Shown here: positions 52,744 through 64,000 of the stretch, piece after piece | How positions within the stretch are numbered: the stretch's first letter is position 1 | Layout: every line of letters starts with the position of its first letter | Source: Eledone cirrhosa | Lineage: Eukaryota | DNA: 64,000 nt | Assembly: GCA_964016885.1 (NCBI GenBank) | Contig: OZ024741.1 | Span: 314,960,001 to 315,024,000 of the forward strand | Direction: 5' to 3' | Notes under the pieces: generated by a model | The model's database searches: none | Told to the model about the DNA's origin: nothing | Seen by the model: the letters and a program-made list of their open reading frames with translations, nothing else | Position numbers and translations under genes: made by a program

Positions 52744-55700
52744 GGGAAGGGAAGAAGACGCACGAGGTGGTAGGAGGTCATGAAATCGCTCCCGTAAGTT
52801 TTTGATTTTTAACATATTTAAATCAATTGTGGAATAACAATTCTTAGTACAAATGTTGCATAAACCACCGAATGAAGTCCCATAAAATTTCGAATCCATA
52901 TTATATTGTTATATCGCTCAAATATTCAATTTTCTATTATATATTTTGTATTCAAAAAAAAGAAAATGGTTATAAATGGAAGAAAACACCCTCTGTTTAC
53001 ACTATATAGAACAGCCAAATAACAGCAATTTCACCAACACCAGAAACTTGATACACCACCTATCCCATCACACTAAATATAACAGCCAGATAACGGCAAT
53101 TTCACCACCACCACCATCAATCCCAGCATCATAATAATAATTACTATTATTATTGTCTCAAATTGTAACAAAATGTTTAATTCCAATTTTACGAGAATAT
53201 GTCAACACAATATATATTAAACATACGAACACAAACTCATAGATACTACATATCACAAAACCCAGTAACCACAACGCCACCGCCGCCACCACCCCATCCA
53301 TCATTGCTACCACTATCCCATCGCCGCCGCCACCACTCCTTCATTGCTACTACCACTATTCCCCTGTTAACTTGAGAGAGAAAGGGGAAGGTGGCGGTAT
53401 CACTAGACAAGGGAGAGGCTAGCAAAAGATATAAATAGATTGACTTAGTGACCTGGCCACCGGCCAAACGTCAACATCAACAACTATGGGACTGCTGGCT
53501 CACCCCTTCCTCACCAACAATATAAAAAGCCCCGGCACCACCACCGACATAGCCAACTAAAATAACAGGCAACTACAGGAAAAAGTATATTATATTATTG
53601 TAATGCACTGGGTGATTGCTGGCCTTGTGCCTGGAGTGGAGACAATTATTAATAATTTCATTCTTAAGCCACGCAATGCTCACATTAAGGAACCACTCAT
53701 GATAATAACAATTTTAAAAAAACAACAAAAAGAAAACCCCGTGACCAAGAAATACCGGGATGGCGGCCGGCGGGGAATAGCCGTGTCTCTAGGGGAGAAC
53801 GACCCCTCTAGTCTTGGTTGACACTCGTTCTAGAAGTGGTAACACGAAATGATTACCCCTTGGCGGATAAGGATAAAACGCGACAAAATAAAGTAAATGT
53901 CTAATGATAAAATCTCATACCGGATCGGCCGTCCCCCGTGTAAAAAAGGGCCGCGTCCCTCAAAGAGGAACCAGACTGGAGTCGAAAAATCAGCTAATGG
54001 TTCAAACCTTCCCATCACTTCGGAGCTGGAGACCTCCCATAACCGGAATACTCCTACTGTTGGCCCTCCATGCTCACCACCAAGAAATCCAAAGAAAAGG
54101 AGAGAAAATGATCAAGGGAAGATAATAAAGAAGTCCTTGAGGCTTTCTACACTGCCATGTACTACCCATCAAATACATCGAATACAGAACAGACATATAT
54201 CAACTGGAAAAAGAAACAACCCGAAAACAGAGGCTATATTGACAGTAACAAACTAGCCAATATACGAAGAAATATTGTAAGAAAAAAGTTACTAACTGAT
54301 ATAGAAATTGATCAGATCAAGCTATTAGCACAAAGTCAGCGAAGGGAAAATGAAACATGTGTCAGTGAAAACGAGGTAAACTGTAACACTTCGAATCCCA
54401 GGGTTGGGGCAGAATCACTGGCAACAGAACAAATTAAAGAAAGGATCGAAAAAGTGGAGGGAGTGCATGCTCAGGGTGAAACTCCAAATGAAAATAATGA
54501 GATCGTAAATGATAAAGAAATGAATGAGAATGAACTTGCCAACTTGAAGGATGAAATTATGATCGAATGGATGAAAATGAAAGAATCTGACATGGGGCAA
54601 CGAGACACCCTCCCTAAGATCCAGAACTCCAAACAGAACCAAAAGATAATGCACAAGACTAACATAATTCTCAAAAACATTATCATCACAAACAAACTAA
54701 ACATTACTGATTTAAATCATCTCTATTATGCATCGGCGAAAGTCACCACTCACTTATGTGGAGTGAAGATGAAAAAATAAAGGAATTCCCACAAGAAATT
54801 TACTTGCCAAGAGAACATCAATCGCCAAATAAACCTTCTCCGATCTGACATAGAAATTTTAACAAACTATAAAGAAGGTGAACATGTTAAACAAACTAAA
54901 CTTAGAAAATTGAAAAAAAAGTACAGTATAAAATCAACATGTGACATAGACATGCTGATAGAAATAATCAAGCAAAAAGTGTCGGCCAAAGCTGCTCGTA
55001 TAAGGCGCTTTGAAAAACGATCTAGATTCTATAAGGACAATAATATGTTCAAAAACAACCAAAGAAACTTCTACAGAAAAATTGGTAAGTCAACAATAAC
55101 TGCTAAATCAATACCACCCAAGGAGGAAGTGCAAGAATTCTGGGAAAAGATCTGGGCCGAAGAAAAAGTTCATAACATACATGCCCCATGGATAGACAGA
55201 CAAATGAAAGATATGGCTCACCTTGAGGAACAAACATGGGAAAATATAACAGTTGAACAGTTGCGCTTGGGTCTAAGAAAAACCAGCAAATGAAAATCCC
55301 CAGGAAAAGACAAAGTACAAAACTTTTGGATAAATGCCTTCACAGAGTCTCATGAGCTGTTAGCCCAACTTTACAATGAAATAGTTAAGGAGCCAGAAAA
55401 GATACCATCATGGCTAGTTAACGGCATTACATTCCTGCTTCCGAAGAATGATGAGACAAACAATCCCAAATATTACAGACCGATAACTTGCTTGACCACA
55501 ATGTATAAAATGTTAACATCAGTCCTAACTGAATACACATATGACCACCTGATAACAAATGGCATATTTCCCATTGAGCAGAAAGGGTGTAAACGAGGCT
55601 CATATGGCTGTAAGGATCAGCTTCTGGTTAACAAAATGATACTGGAAGATTGTCATAATAGACACAAAAATCTATCGATTGCTTGGTTAGATTATAAAAC

Positions 55701-57690
55701 AACATTCGATAGTTTGCCACACAGTTGGATTGAAAAATGTTTAGAGATTTTCAAAATATCCCCCGTTATCAGGAGGTTTTTGTCATTCAGTATGAAGACA
55801 TGGAAAACGACACTCCTTTTGAATAGTGAAACAAAATCACTGGAAGCTGGAGAAGTTAATATTAATTGTGGAATTTTTAAGGGTGACTCTTTATCACCGC
55901 TTTTATTCTGCATCGCACTTATACCATTAAGTAAAATGCTCAATGAAACAAAACATGGATATAAAGTCTATGACAAAACCATTAATCACTTGTTCTACAT
56001 GGATGACCTGAAATTATTTGCAAAAAATGATGAACAATTGCAAGGGCTATTATCCACTGTGGAGCAGTTCAGTGATGACATTAAAATGGAGTTTCGACTA
56101 GATAAATGCGCCAAAGCAACGTTCACCAGAGGAAAGCTGCTGAAAAGTTCAGACATTAATCTTGATCAGGGGAACGTGATAAGAAAACTTGATCAAGAAA
56201 AAACTTACAAATATCTAGGTGTTTGTGAAGGAGACGGAATCAAGCACTCGACAATGAGGGAAAGGATAAGGAAGGAATGTTACCGCAGAGTAAGAGCAAT
56301 CTTAAGAACGGAATTGAATGCAAGGAATAGGATCGATGCCATAAACACGCTTGCCATACCAGTAGTAACCTACAGTTACAATGTCATCAACTGGTCAAGC
56401 ACAGAGATCCGTAGGCTCAATACAAAAATTCGAAAATTCTTAACCATCCACAGAATGGATCACCCTAAGGCAGATATAGATAGAATATATCTCCCTAGGA
56501 AAGAAGGAGGACGTGGGTTAATCCAGTTAGACATTGCGTTGAAAACTGCAACAATTGGATTATCTACATATCTAAGGGAATCACATGATTGGATGATCAA
56601 ACTCGTTTTGAAACACGAAAGCATCAAAAGATCACATTCCATTACAAAAGATGCACAAAGATACAGTAATGGACTACAAATTTCAGAAGTCCCATTTACT
56701 GCTGAAATGGAAAACACAGAAAAAGCAAAGCAGGTAAAAGTAACTGCAAAGAAAGAACTGCTACAGAAACTGGCTAAGAAATGGCAAGAAAAGCCTCTGT
56801 ATGGAAAATACCCAGAGCGAGCTAACAATCCTGATGTTGACAAAACTTTAACCCATCAGTGGTTGGCATCCTCAGGACTGAAATCGGAGACTGAAGGACT
56901 GATTATATTAGCACAAGATCAGTGTCTGCCAACAAAAAATTACCAAGCCAACATAATAAAAAATGGGTGCAGCCCATTATGCCGTGTATGCAAAAAACAA
57001 CCAGAGACAATTGACCATATAATTTCAATGTGCGGTCCTATAGCTCCAACCGAATACCTAAACAGGCATGACAGAGCTGCACAATACATACATTGGATAA
57101 TGTGTAAGCATTTTGACCTGCCCCATCAAAAGAATTGGTGGGAGCATCAACCACCTCCCATACTTGAAAAAGATCACATCTCAATCTTGTGGAACTTTAG
57201 CATCCAAACAGACCGAAAAAATAGATGCAAACAGACCTGATATAATATTGAAGGACTTTAAAAAGAGGGTATGCCTGCTAATTGATATGTCTGTTCCAAT
57301 AGACAAGAATGTATCTATAAAAACATTTGAAAAATTGAGCAAGTATAAGGACCTGGGGATAGAAATTGGAAAAATGTGGAAATTGAGAACTAAAACAATA
57401 CCAGTGGTTGTAGGCGCTCTGGGAATGATACCTAAGGGGTCTAATGATTAATTATCGCAAATCCCAGGAAACCCGCGTATAGCAGAAATACAAAAGATAG
57501 TACTAATGGGAACTGCCCATATACTAAGGAAGATTCTGTCAATATAAGTACATCACAAGTCTAAACACTAAAGATGCATGTGTGAGTATGTATGTTCTTC
57601 CTTGAACATGGCGGACCTTGTTGTCTCTTGAGGTCACTGGTTATGACTTGGTGATAACTCGTATGAACATAAAGCAAGGTAAATGCAACT

Positions 57691-57691
<1 letters not shown>
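52744..57691 (+). mobile_element. R4/Dong-like element D2 (leader + RT-RLE ORF + 3' UTR)
   Basis: Bounded by (TAA)n on both sides; ORF motifs listed in the next feature. Confidence 0.9.
53897..57547 (+). pseudogene. D2 RT + CCHC + restriction-like endonuclease ORF (few stops/frameshifts)
   Basis: YRPITCL, EQKGC, KDQLL, GIFKGDSLSPLLF, HLFYMDDLKLF, YKYLGV, GGRGL, CRVC..ETIDHIISMC, RHD, RPDIILKD..LIDMSVP..KY; stops at 54778 and 55291; frameshifts near 54110 and 57220. Confidence 0.92.

Positions 57692-57758
<67 letters not shown>
57692..57758. repeat. (TAA)n tract
   Basis: Seen directly. Confidence 0.98.
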
Positions 57759-57759
<1 letters not shown>

Positions 57760-60700
57760 GGAAGAAGACGCACGAGGTGACGGAGGTCATGAAATCGCTC
57801 CCGTAAGTTTTGAATTTTTAACATATTTAAATCATTTGTGAAATAACAACTCTTAGTACAAATGCTACGTAAAGCACCCGGCTTGAGCCCCAAAAAAATT
57901 CGGACCCAAAATATATTGTTATAAGGCTCAAATATTCAAATATTCAACTTTGTATTGTACACTGTATATCCAAAAAAAAAATGGCTATAAATGGAAGAAG
58001 AAGAACCCCCCCCCCCCTCCTCTCCTCTGGCTACACTATATAGGACAGCTAAACTCACCAACACCAGAAACTAGATACACCACCCACCCCATCATCTGTG
58101 TACACTGAACACAACAGCATTTTCACCTTCACCGCCACCGCTCACTACGGCCATCATTACCACCACTATCCCATCACCGCTGCCACCACCCCTTGACTCC
58201 TTCACTGCTGCTGCCACCGCTACAGCACCATCACTACAGTAATACGGCTCAAATATTCAAATATTCAACTTTGTATTGTACACTGTATATCCAAAAAAAA
58301 AAAAAATAAATAAATAAATAAATAAAATGGCTATAAATGGAAGAAGAAGAACCCCCCCCCTCCTCTCCTCTGGCTACACTATATAGGACAGCGAAACTCA
58401 CCAACACCAGAAACTAGATACACCACCCACCCCATCATCTGTGTACACTAAACACAACAGCATTTTCACCTTCACCGCCACCGCTCACTACGGCCATCAT
58501 TACCACCACTATCCCATCACCGCCGCCACCACCCCCTGACTCCTTCACTGCTGCTGCCACCGCTACAGCACCATCACTACAGTAATACGGTCGCATCACC
58601 GCCACCACTGTCTCGGTATCGACATCACCACCACCACTGTCTCAGTATCGCCAACGCCGCCACCACCCCCTGACTCCTTCACTGCTGCTGCCACCGCTAC
58701 AGCACCATCACTACAGTAATACGGTCGCATCACCGCCACCACTGCCTCGGTATCGACATCACCACCACCACTGTCTCAGTATCGCCAACGCCGCCAGTCT
58801 CTGCTGGCTACCACTTCCACATTATAGAATTCCTACTACTAACAAAGAGGAAGGCATCAAAATATATAGATAGACTCAAAAGAAAAAAGAAAAAACAAAC
58901 AACAAAAGCAGCACAGCAACAACAGTAAAAAACGAGAAAAACAGAGAAAAACAAAAACAAAAAAAGAAACCCAAAAAACGTAAAGAAAATAAGAATGAAG
59001 AGAGAAGCAGGCGGACGGACAGAGAAGAGGGGGGAAAAAGTAAAACTTAAAAAACAAAAACTAAGTCAGACATTCGAATACTACATTACAATGAAACTTA
59101 TGCTTATTCATTTTTGGGGCCCTTTCTGCCCGTGTGTTTGCTTGTTTATGTGTGTCCGTATACAGCGTGGTGATAATGCCACACAAGGGCCAAGTGGGAT
59201 GGCGGATCCACAGATGGCTATGTAAACATACATTCGCCAATCCTCGATAAGAGTGTTTAAATATCGAACATAAACAGTTCGAATAACGGTAAAATGGAGA
59301 CTAGAACGTCATGTGACAGACTCTCACCCAACAGGTGCCCCCTGGCTCAGCAGCAGGAACCTGACTGTCAACCAAATACTGCTGATGTTGGAGGAAGAAG
59401 AAGAAGGAAAGGGGCCAGAACCAACTGGACGAAAGAATTGAATAGAACTGTTATGCAATGCTACCTGAAAAGTAACCCCAAGGAGAGGGGCTACAGGAGA
59501 CGGATGCATAACATCTGGAACGAGATTGGTTTATTTAAATTAGATGAACAAAAATTGGCCGGGCAGGCTCGGGTAATAAGAACTAATGGGTGGATAAGCG
59601 AGCTGGAACTGGAGGAACTGAGCAGAGAGAATGGCTTGGAGATGGCGGGTGTAGTATGCCAGACAAGCGAGCCGGCGGGAAATGAAGGTGAGGAGGTCCT
59701 GAGAACGGAGGAACCACCCGAAGCAGACAATGATCTGAATACTGAGATAAATAATACCTGGAACAGAGAAACGGCCACTGAGGAGATGAATGCTGACGGG
59801 CTAGGACAAGATTCGGTTGACATCCTAAATTTAGTGGTAGATGAGTTGAACAATGATAGTGGGAGACCTATGAACCTAAGATTTGTAGACAGGAAAAAGT
59901 TAAAAGAAACAACAGCTAAGGTAAACAAAGTCATCCCATACCTTGAGGCGAGGAGTCTTCACCAGTGCAACAATATCCTCAAAGCAACAGCAAATACGGT
60001 GAGGAAACTACTTGGTATAAAAGCGAGAGGAAACAACAGACAAGAAAGAGCAGAGCCGTGGTGGAAGAAGCGACTGAGTGGGCAAATCGGGGAAATGAGA
60101 AATGACATAGGAAAGCTTGAGTCACTACTGAATGGGACACTAAAAAACATAGGCACTAAAAATAGACTGGAAATAAAATACAAAACTAGGAGTAAAAAGC
60201 TAAATATTATCATAGAGGAATTGAAGCAACGCATTGTAGCAAAGAGTGCCAAAATCAGGCGATACGAGAACAGAGTCAGTCAGTATAAACAGAACCGCAT
60301 GTTCGACAACAACCAGAAGATGCTGTTTGGACAGCTTGAGGGGAAAGAAAGAGGCAACGACTTGATCCCTGGGGCGGAACAAGCTAAAACATTCTGGAGA
60401 GGAATATGGGAGCAGGATGTTAGACACAATGCCCAGGCAGGGTGGATTGAGACAGTACAGAGGGAGATCGGTGAGCAGGCACAGCAACAGACTGATTTGA
60501 GTATCACAGTTGAAACTCTTAAGGGGCAAGCCAAAAAACTAACCAACTGGAAATCACCAGGCCCAGATGGTGTGCAGGGGTATTGGATTAAACATTTAAC
60601 ATCCCTCCACCCGAAGCTGACGGCCATGTTCAATGACTGCTTGGTGTCGGGTGAGGTGCCAGAGTGGTTGACAAAAGGTACCACAGTTCTGATAATGAAA

Positions 60701-62760
60701 GACCGAATCAAGGGTAATGATGTTACCAACTATAGACCTATCACATGTCTGCCCGTAATGTGGAAACTGTTGACGAGCATTGTGTCTGAGGAAATCTACC
60801 ATCACCTCCACACAAACAACTTGTTGCCGGACGAACAGAAAGGATGCCGAAAGAAGTCACGTGGTACAAAGGACCAGTTGCTTATTGATAAGATGGTAAT
60901 GGGGAATTGCAGGAGGAGACACACTGATCTTGCCATGGGATGGATAGACTACAGAAAGGCATTTGACATGGTGCCTCATTCCTGGATCACCAAAAGCCTG
61001 GAGATCTTCAGGGTGGCAGATAACATCAGACAGTTGCTGGGCAGGAGTATGGGGTCCTGGGAGACAGAGTTGACATCAACTGGAGTATCCTTGGGAAGCG
61101 TGAAGATCAAGAGAGGTATCTTCCAGGGAGATAGCCTGTCCCCTCTGTTGTTTGTCCTTGCCCTGATGCCCTTGACCATTATGCTGCGAAAAGTGAGAGC
61201 AGGATACAAGTTGGGAAGGGGAGAGCTTACCATCAATCACCTCCTCTTCATGGACGATCTTAAGCTCTTCGGGAAAAGTGAGAAGGAGTTGGATGTGCTT
61301 GTTGACACTGTCCGTATTTTCAGCAGTGATATATGTATGCAGTTTGGTATTGGTAAATGTGGAGTCATTGTGATGAGGAGGGGTAGGTTGAGCAGAAGTA
61401 ACGGGATCCAGATACCAACAGGTGAGATGATAAAGGAAATTGACTCTGAGGAAGGATACAAGTATTTGGGCGTTCTGGAGGCTGATGGCATAAAGAACAA
61501 AAAAATGAAGGAATTGTTAAGAACTGAATACATTCGGAGAGCAAGGAGCGTATTGAAGTCACATCTGAACAGCAGAAATGCCATAAGCGCAGTAAATTCC
61601 CGAGCTGTGTCTATTATTAGGTACAGTGCGGGAATTCTGAGATGGAATGTTGCTGAACAAAAAGAAATGGATAGGAAGACTAGGAAGCTATTGACTATCT
61701 ACAACATGTTCCACAAGAGGAGTGATGTCGATAGACTCTACCTAAGGAGATCTGAGGGTGGAAGAGGTCTTATCAGCATAGAGGACTGTGTTCAGATGGA
61801 GAAAAACAACCTATACAAATACGTGACCTATAGTAAGGAGCCAATGCTCAGAGCTGTACTGAAGGAGGGGACAGTAGGCCAGGGGATACCCAAGGAGGAA
61901 ATAACATCAAGGAGGAAGAGCAGCCTTAAGGGAAAATCCCTTCATAGTACCTTCTTTGAGAAAACTGAATTTAGAGATCCACAGACATGGAACTGGTTGA
62001 GAAGAGGAGACCTCAAAAAGGCTACAGAAGGAATGCTAATGGCTGCGCAGGAGCAGGCCCTCAAAACGAAGTGGTTGAAGCACCATATCTACAAGGAGGA
62101 GGCTAGCCCACTGTGCAGGATCTGTGGAGAGAGAGAGGAGACTGTGGCTCACATTGTGTCCGAGTGTAAACACCTAGCCCAGACCCACTATAAGGGCTGG
62201 AGACACGATGTGATGGGCAGGGTGATCCACTGGCACCTGTGCAAAGTAAACAATCTACCACATTCTGAGAAATGGTATGAGCATAGGCCAGAGGCGGTGA
62301 TGGAGAACAGTCAGGTGAAGGTGCTGTGGGATTTTAGGATACAGACGGACAAAAAACTGGAACACAATAGACCTGACCTGGTGGTTGTGGACAAAGAAAA
62401 AAGATCGTGCCTGATTGTGGATGTGGCCTGCCCGTTCGACACGAGAGTGCAAGAGAAGGAGAGGGAGAAAATTAACCGATACCAGGACCTAAAGTGGGAG
62501 GTGAAAAGGATTTGGAACTGCCATGAAGTCAAAGTGATCCCGATTGTCATAGGCGCACTGGGGACTATCTCCAAAGGTTTCCAGGGATGGTTAAAGAAAA
62601 TCGGCCCCTTCACGCTTTTTGGAACGCTTCAAAAGGCATGCTTGCTTGGAACGGCAAGAACCCTCCGATACGTCCTGAATATCTGAGGCTGCAGGTAGTG
62701 GCTTGATATTCAATCCAACGGACTTTCCAGTTAACCAACATCAATGACTGAGATTCAAGG
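57759..62760 (+). mobile_element. R4/Dong-like element D3, apparently intact
   Basis: Leader with internal duplications (about 57925-58245/58246-58590 and 58535-58660/58661-58795), uninterrupted ORF, 75-bp 3' UTR, (TAA)n at both ends. Confidence 0.93.
59294..62686 (+). CDS. R4/Dong-clade retrotransposon protein (RT, zinc knuckle, PD-(D/E)xK RLE), 1130 aa
   Basis: WKSPGPDG, NYRPITCL, EQKGCRK, DYRKAFDMVPH, GIFQGDSLSP, LFMDDLK, YKYLGV, CRICGEREETVAHIVSEC, RHD, RPDLVVVD..IVDVACP..EKINRY, PIVIGALG; no stops. Confidence 0.96.
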   Translation: METRTSCDRLSPNRCPLAQQQEPDCQPNTADVGGRRRRKGARTNWTKELNRTVMQCYLKSNPKERGYRRRMHNIWNEIGLFKLDEQKLAGQARVIRTNGWISELELEELSRENGLEMAGVVCQTSEPAGNEGEEVLRTEEPPEADNDLNTEINNTWNRETATEEMNADGLGQDSVDILNLVVDELNNDSGRPMNLRFVDRKKLKETTAKVNKVIPYLEARSLHQCNNILKATANTVRKLLGIKARGNNRQERAEPWWKKRLSGQIGEMRNDIGKLESLLNGTLKNIGTKNRLEIKYKTRSKKLNIIIEELKQRIVAKSAKIRRYENRVSQYKQNRMFDNNQKMLFGQLEGKERGNDLIPGAEQAKTFWRGIWEQDVRHNAQAGWIETVQREIGEQAQQQTDLSITVETLKGQAKKLTNWKSPGPDGVQGYWIKHLTSLHPKLTAMFNDCLVSGEVPEWLTKGTTVLIMKDRIKGNDVTNYRPITCLPVMWKLLTSIVSEEIYHHLHTNNLLPDEQKGCRKKSRGTKDQLLIDKMVMGNCRRRHTDLAMGWIDYRKAFDMVPHSWITKSLEIFRVADNIRQLLGRSMGSWETELTSTGVSLGSVKIKRGIFQGDSLSPLLFVLALMPLTIMLRKVRAGYKLGRGELTINHLLFMDDLKLFGKSEKELDVLVDTVRIFSSDICMQFGIGKCGVIVMRRGRLSRSNGIQIPTGEMIKEIDSEEGYKYLGVLEADGIKNKKMKELLRTEYIRRARSVLKSHLNSRNAISAVNSRAVSIIRYSAGILRWNVAEQKEMDRKTRKLLTIYNMFHKRSDVDRLYLRRSEGGRGLISIEDCVQMEKNNLYKYVTYSKEPMLRAVLKEGTVGQGIPKEEITSRRKSSLKGKSLHSTFFEKTEFRDPQTWNWLRRGDLKKATEGMLMAAQEQALKTKWLKHHIYKEEASPLCRICGEREETVAHIVSECKHLAQTHYKGWRHDVMGRVIHWHLCKVNNLPHSEKWYEHRPEAVMENSQVKVLWDFRIQTDKKLEHNRPDLVVVDKEKRSCLIVDVACPFDTRVQEKEREKINRYQDLKWEVKRIWNCHEVKVIPIVIGALGTISKGFQGWLKKIGPFTLFGTLQKACLLGTARTLRYVLNI

Positions 62761-62801
62761 AATAACAATAACAATAATAATAATAATAATAATAATAATA
62801 A
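62761..62801. repeat. (TAA/CAA)n tract
   Basis: Seen directly. Confidence 0.97.
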
Positions 62802-64000
62802 GGGAAGAAGACGCACGAAGTGGTAGAACGTCACGAAATTGCTCCCGTAAGTTTTTTGATTTTTAACATATTTAAATCAATTGTGAAAGAACAATTCTTA
62901 GCACAAATGTTGCATAAAGGCACCGAATGAGGTCCCATAAAGTTTCGGATCCATATTATATTGTTGTATCGCTCAAATATTCAATTTTGTATTATATATT
63001 TTGTATTCAAAAAAAGAAAATGGTTATAAATGGAACAAAACACCCTCTGTCTACACTATATAGAACAGCGGCAATTTCAATTTCACCAACACCAGAAACT
63101 TGATACACTACCTATCCCATCACACTAAATATAACGGCAACTTCACCGGCATCATAATAATAATTACTATTATTATTGTCTCAAATTTTAAAAAATGTTT
63201 AATTCAAATTTTACGGGAATATGTCAACACAAAATATAATGAAAATATATATTAAACATACGAACACAAACTCATAGATACTATATCAGTAACCACAACA
63301 CCACCGCTGCCACCACCCCACCACATCCATCATCGCCGCCACCACTCATTCAATGCTACTGACACTATTCCCCTGTTAACTTGAGAGAGAAAAGGGAAGG
63401 TGGTGGTAGCACTAGACAAGAGAGAGGCTAGCAAAAGATATAAATAGATTGACTTGGTGACCTTGCCACGGACAAACGTCTACATCAACAATTATGGGAC
63501 TGCTGGCTCACCCCTTCCTCACCAACAATATAAAAAGCCCCGGCACCACCACCGACATAGCCAGCAGCAATAACAGCCAACTACAACAAAAAGTATATTA
63601 TATTATTGTAATGCACTGGGTGATTGCTGGCCTTGTCCCTGGAGTGGAGACAATTATTAATAATTTCATTCTTAAGCCACGCAATGCTCACATTAAGGAA
63701 CCACTCATGATAATAACAATTTAAAAAAACAACAAAAAGAAAACCCCGTGACCAAGAAATACCGGGATGGCGGCCGGCGGGGAATAGCCGTGTCTCTAGG
63801 GGAGAACGACCCCTCTAGTCTTGGTTGACACTCGTTCTAGAAGTGGTAACACGAAAAGATTACCTCTTGGCGGATAAGGATAAAACGCGACAAAATAAAG
63901 TAGATGTCTAATGATGAAATCTCATACCGGATCGGCCGTCACCCGGGTAAAAAAGGGCCGCGTCCCTCAGAGAGGAACCAGACTGGGGTCGAAAAATCAG
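62802..64000 (+). mobile_element. R4/Dong-like element D4 (D2 family), 5' part; runs off the window
   Basis: Colinear with 52744-53993; ORF start ATGTCTAATGAT at about 63904. Confidence 0.9.

Noticed and set aside
59324-62613. Antisense ORFs over the D3 ORF (also over the RTE, Tx1 and D2 ORFs)
   Set aside because: Shadow frames of real coding sequence; no motifs.

Overview
Eukaryotic, AT-rich, almost entirely repetitive DNA. The tRNA-derived SINEs and the dense (AT)n/(TAA)n/(TCTA)n microsatellites resemble coleoid cephalopod (Octopus-like) genomes, which is an inference. No conventional host gene is clearly visible, and most ORFs in the track are artefacts of simple repeats. Layout: (1) 1-6.3 kb: (AT)n tracts holding Penelope-type pieces and short non-coding tandem/inverted elements that carry minimal type I hammerhead ribozymes. 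(2) 6.5-10.4 kb: a decayed RTE LINE with three C-terminal C2H2 fingers. (3) 10.5-11.9 kb: a 566-bp tandem repeat. (4) 13.9-36.4 kb: a 22.5-kb hierarchical macrosatellite made of SINE + AT-rich spacer + 12-bp AAGACAGYGGAA minisatellite, possibly a repeat-coding (KDSG) exon. (5) 37.5-43.8 kb: a near full-length Tx1/L1-clade element in a (TCTA)n tract, followed by two more related 3' ends. (6) 45-50.7 kb: nested LINE, PLE, Tx1 and CRE debris. (7) 51-64 kb: a head-to-tail array of four R4/Dong-like RLE retrotransposons separated by (TAA)n. One has an intact 1130-aa ORF, and three start with the same non-coding leader even though two of them have strongly divergent ORFs. All calls were made by eye, and element edges are approximate.
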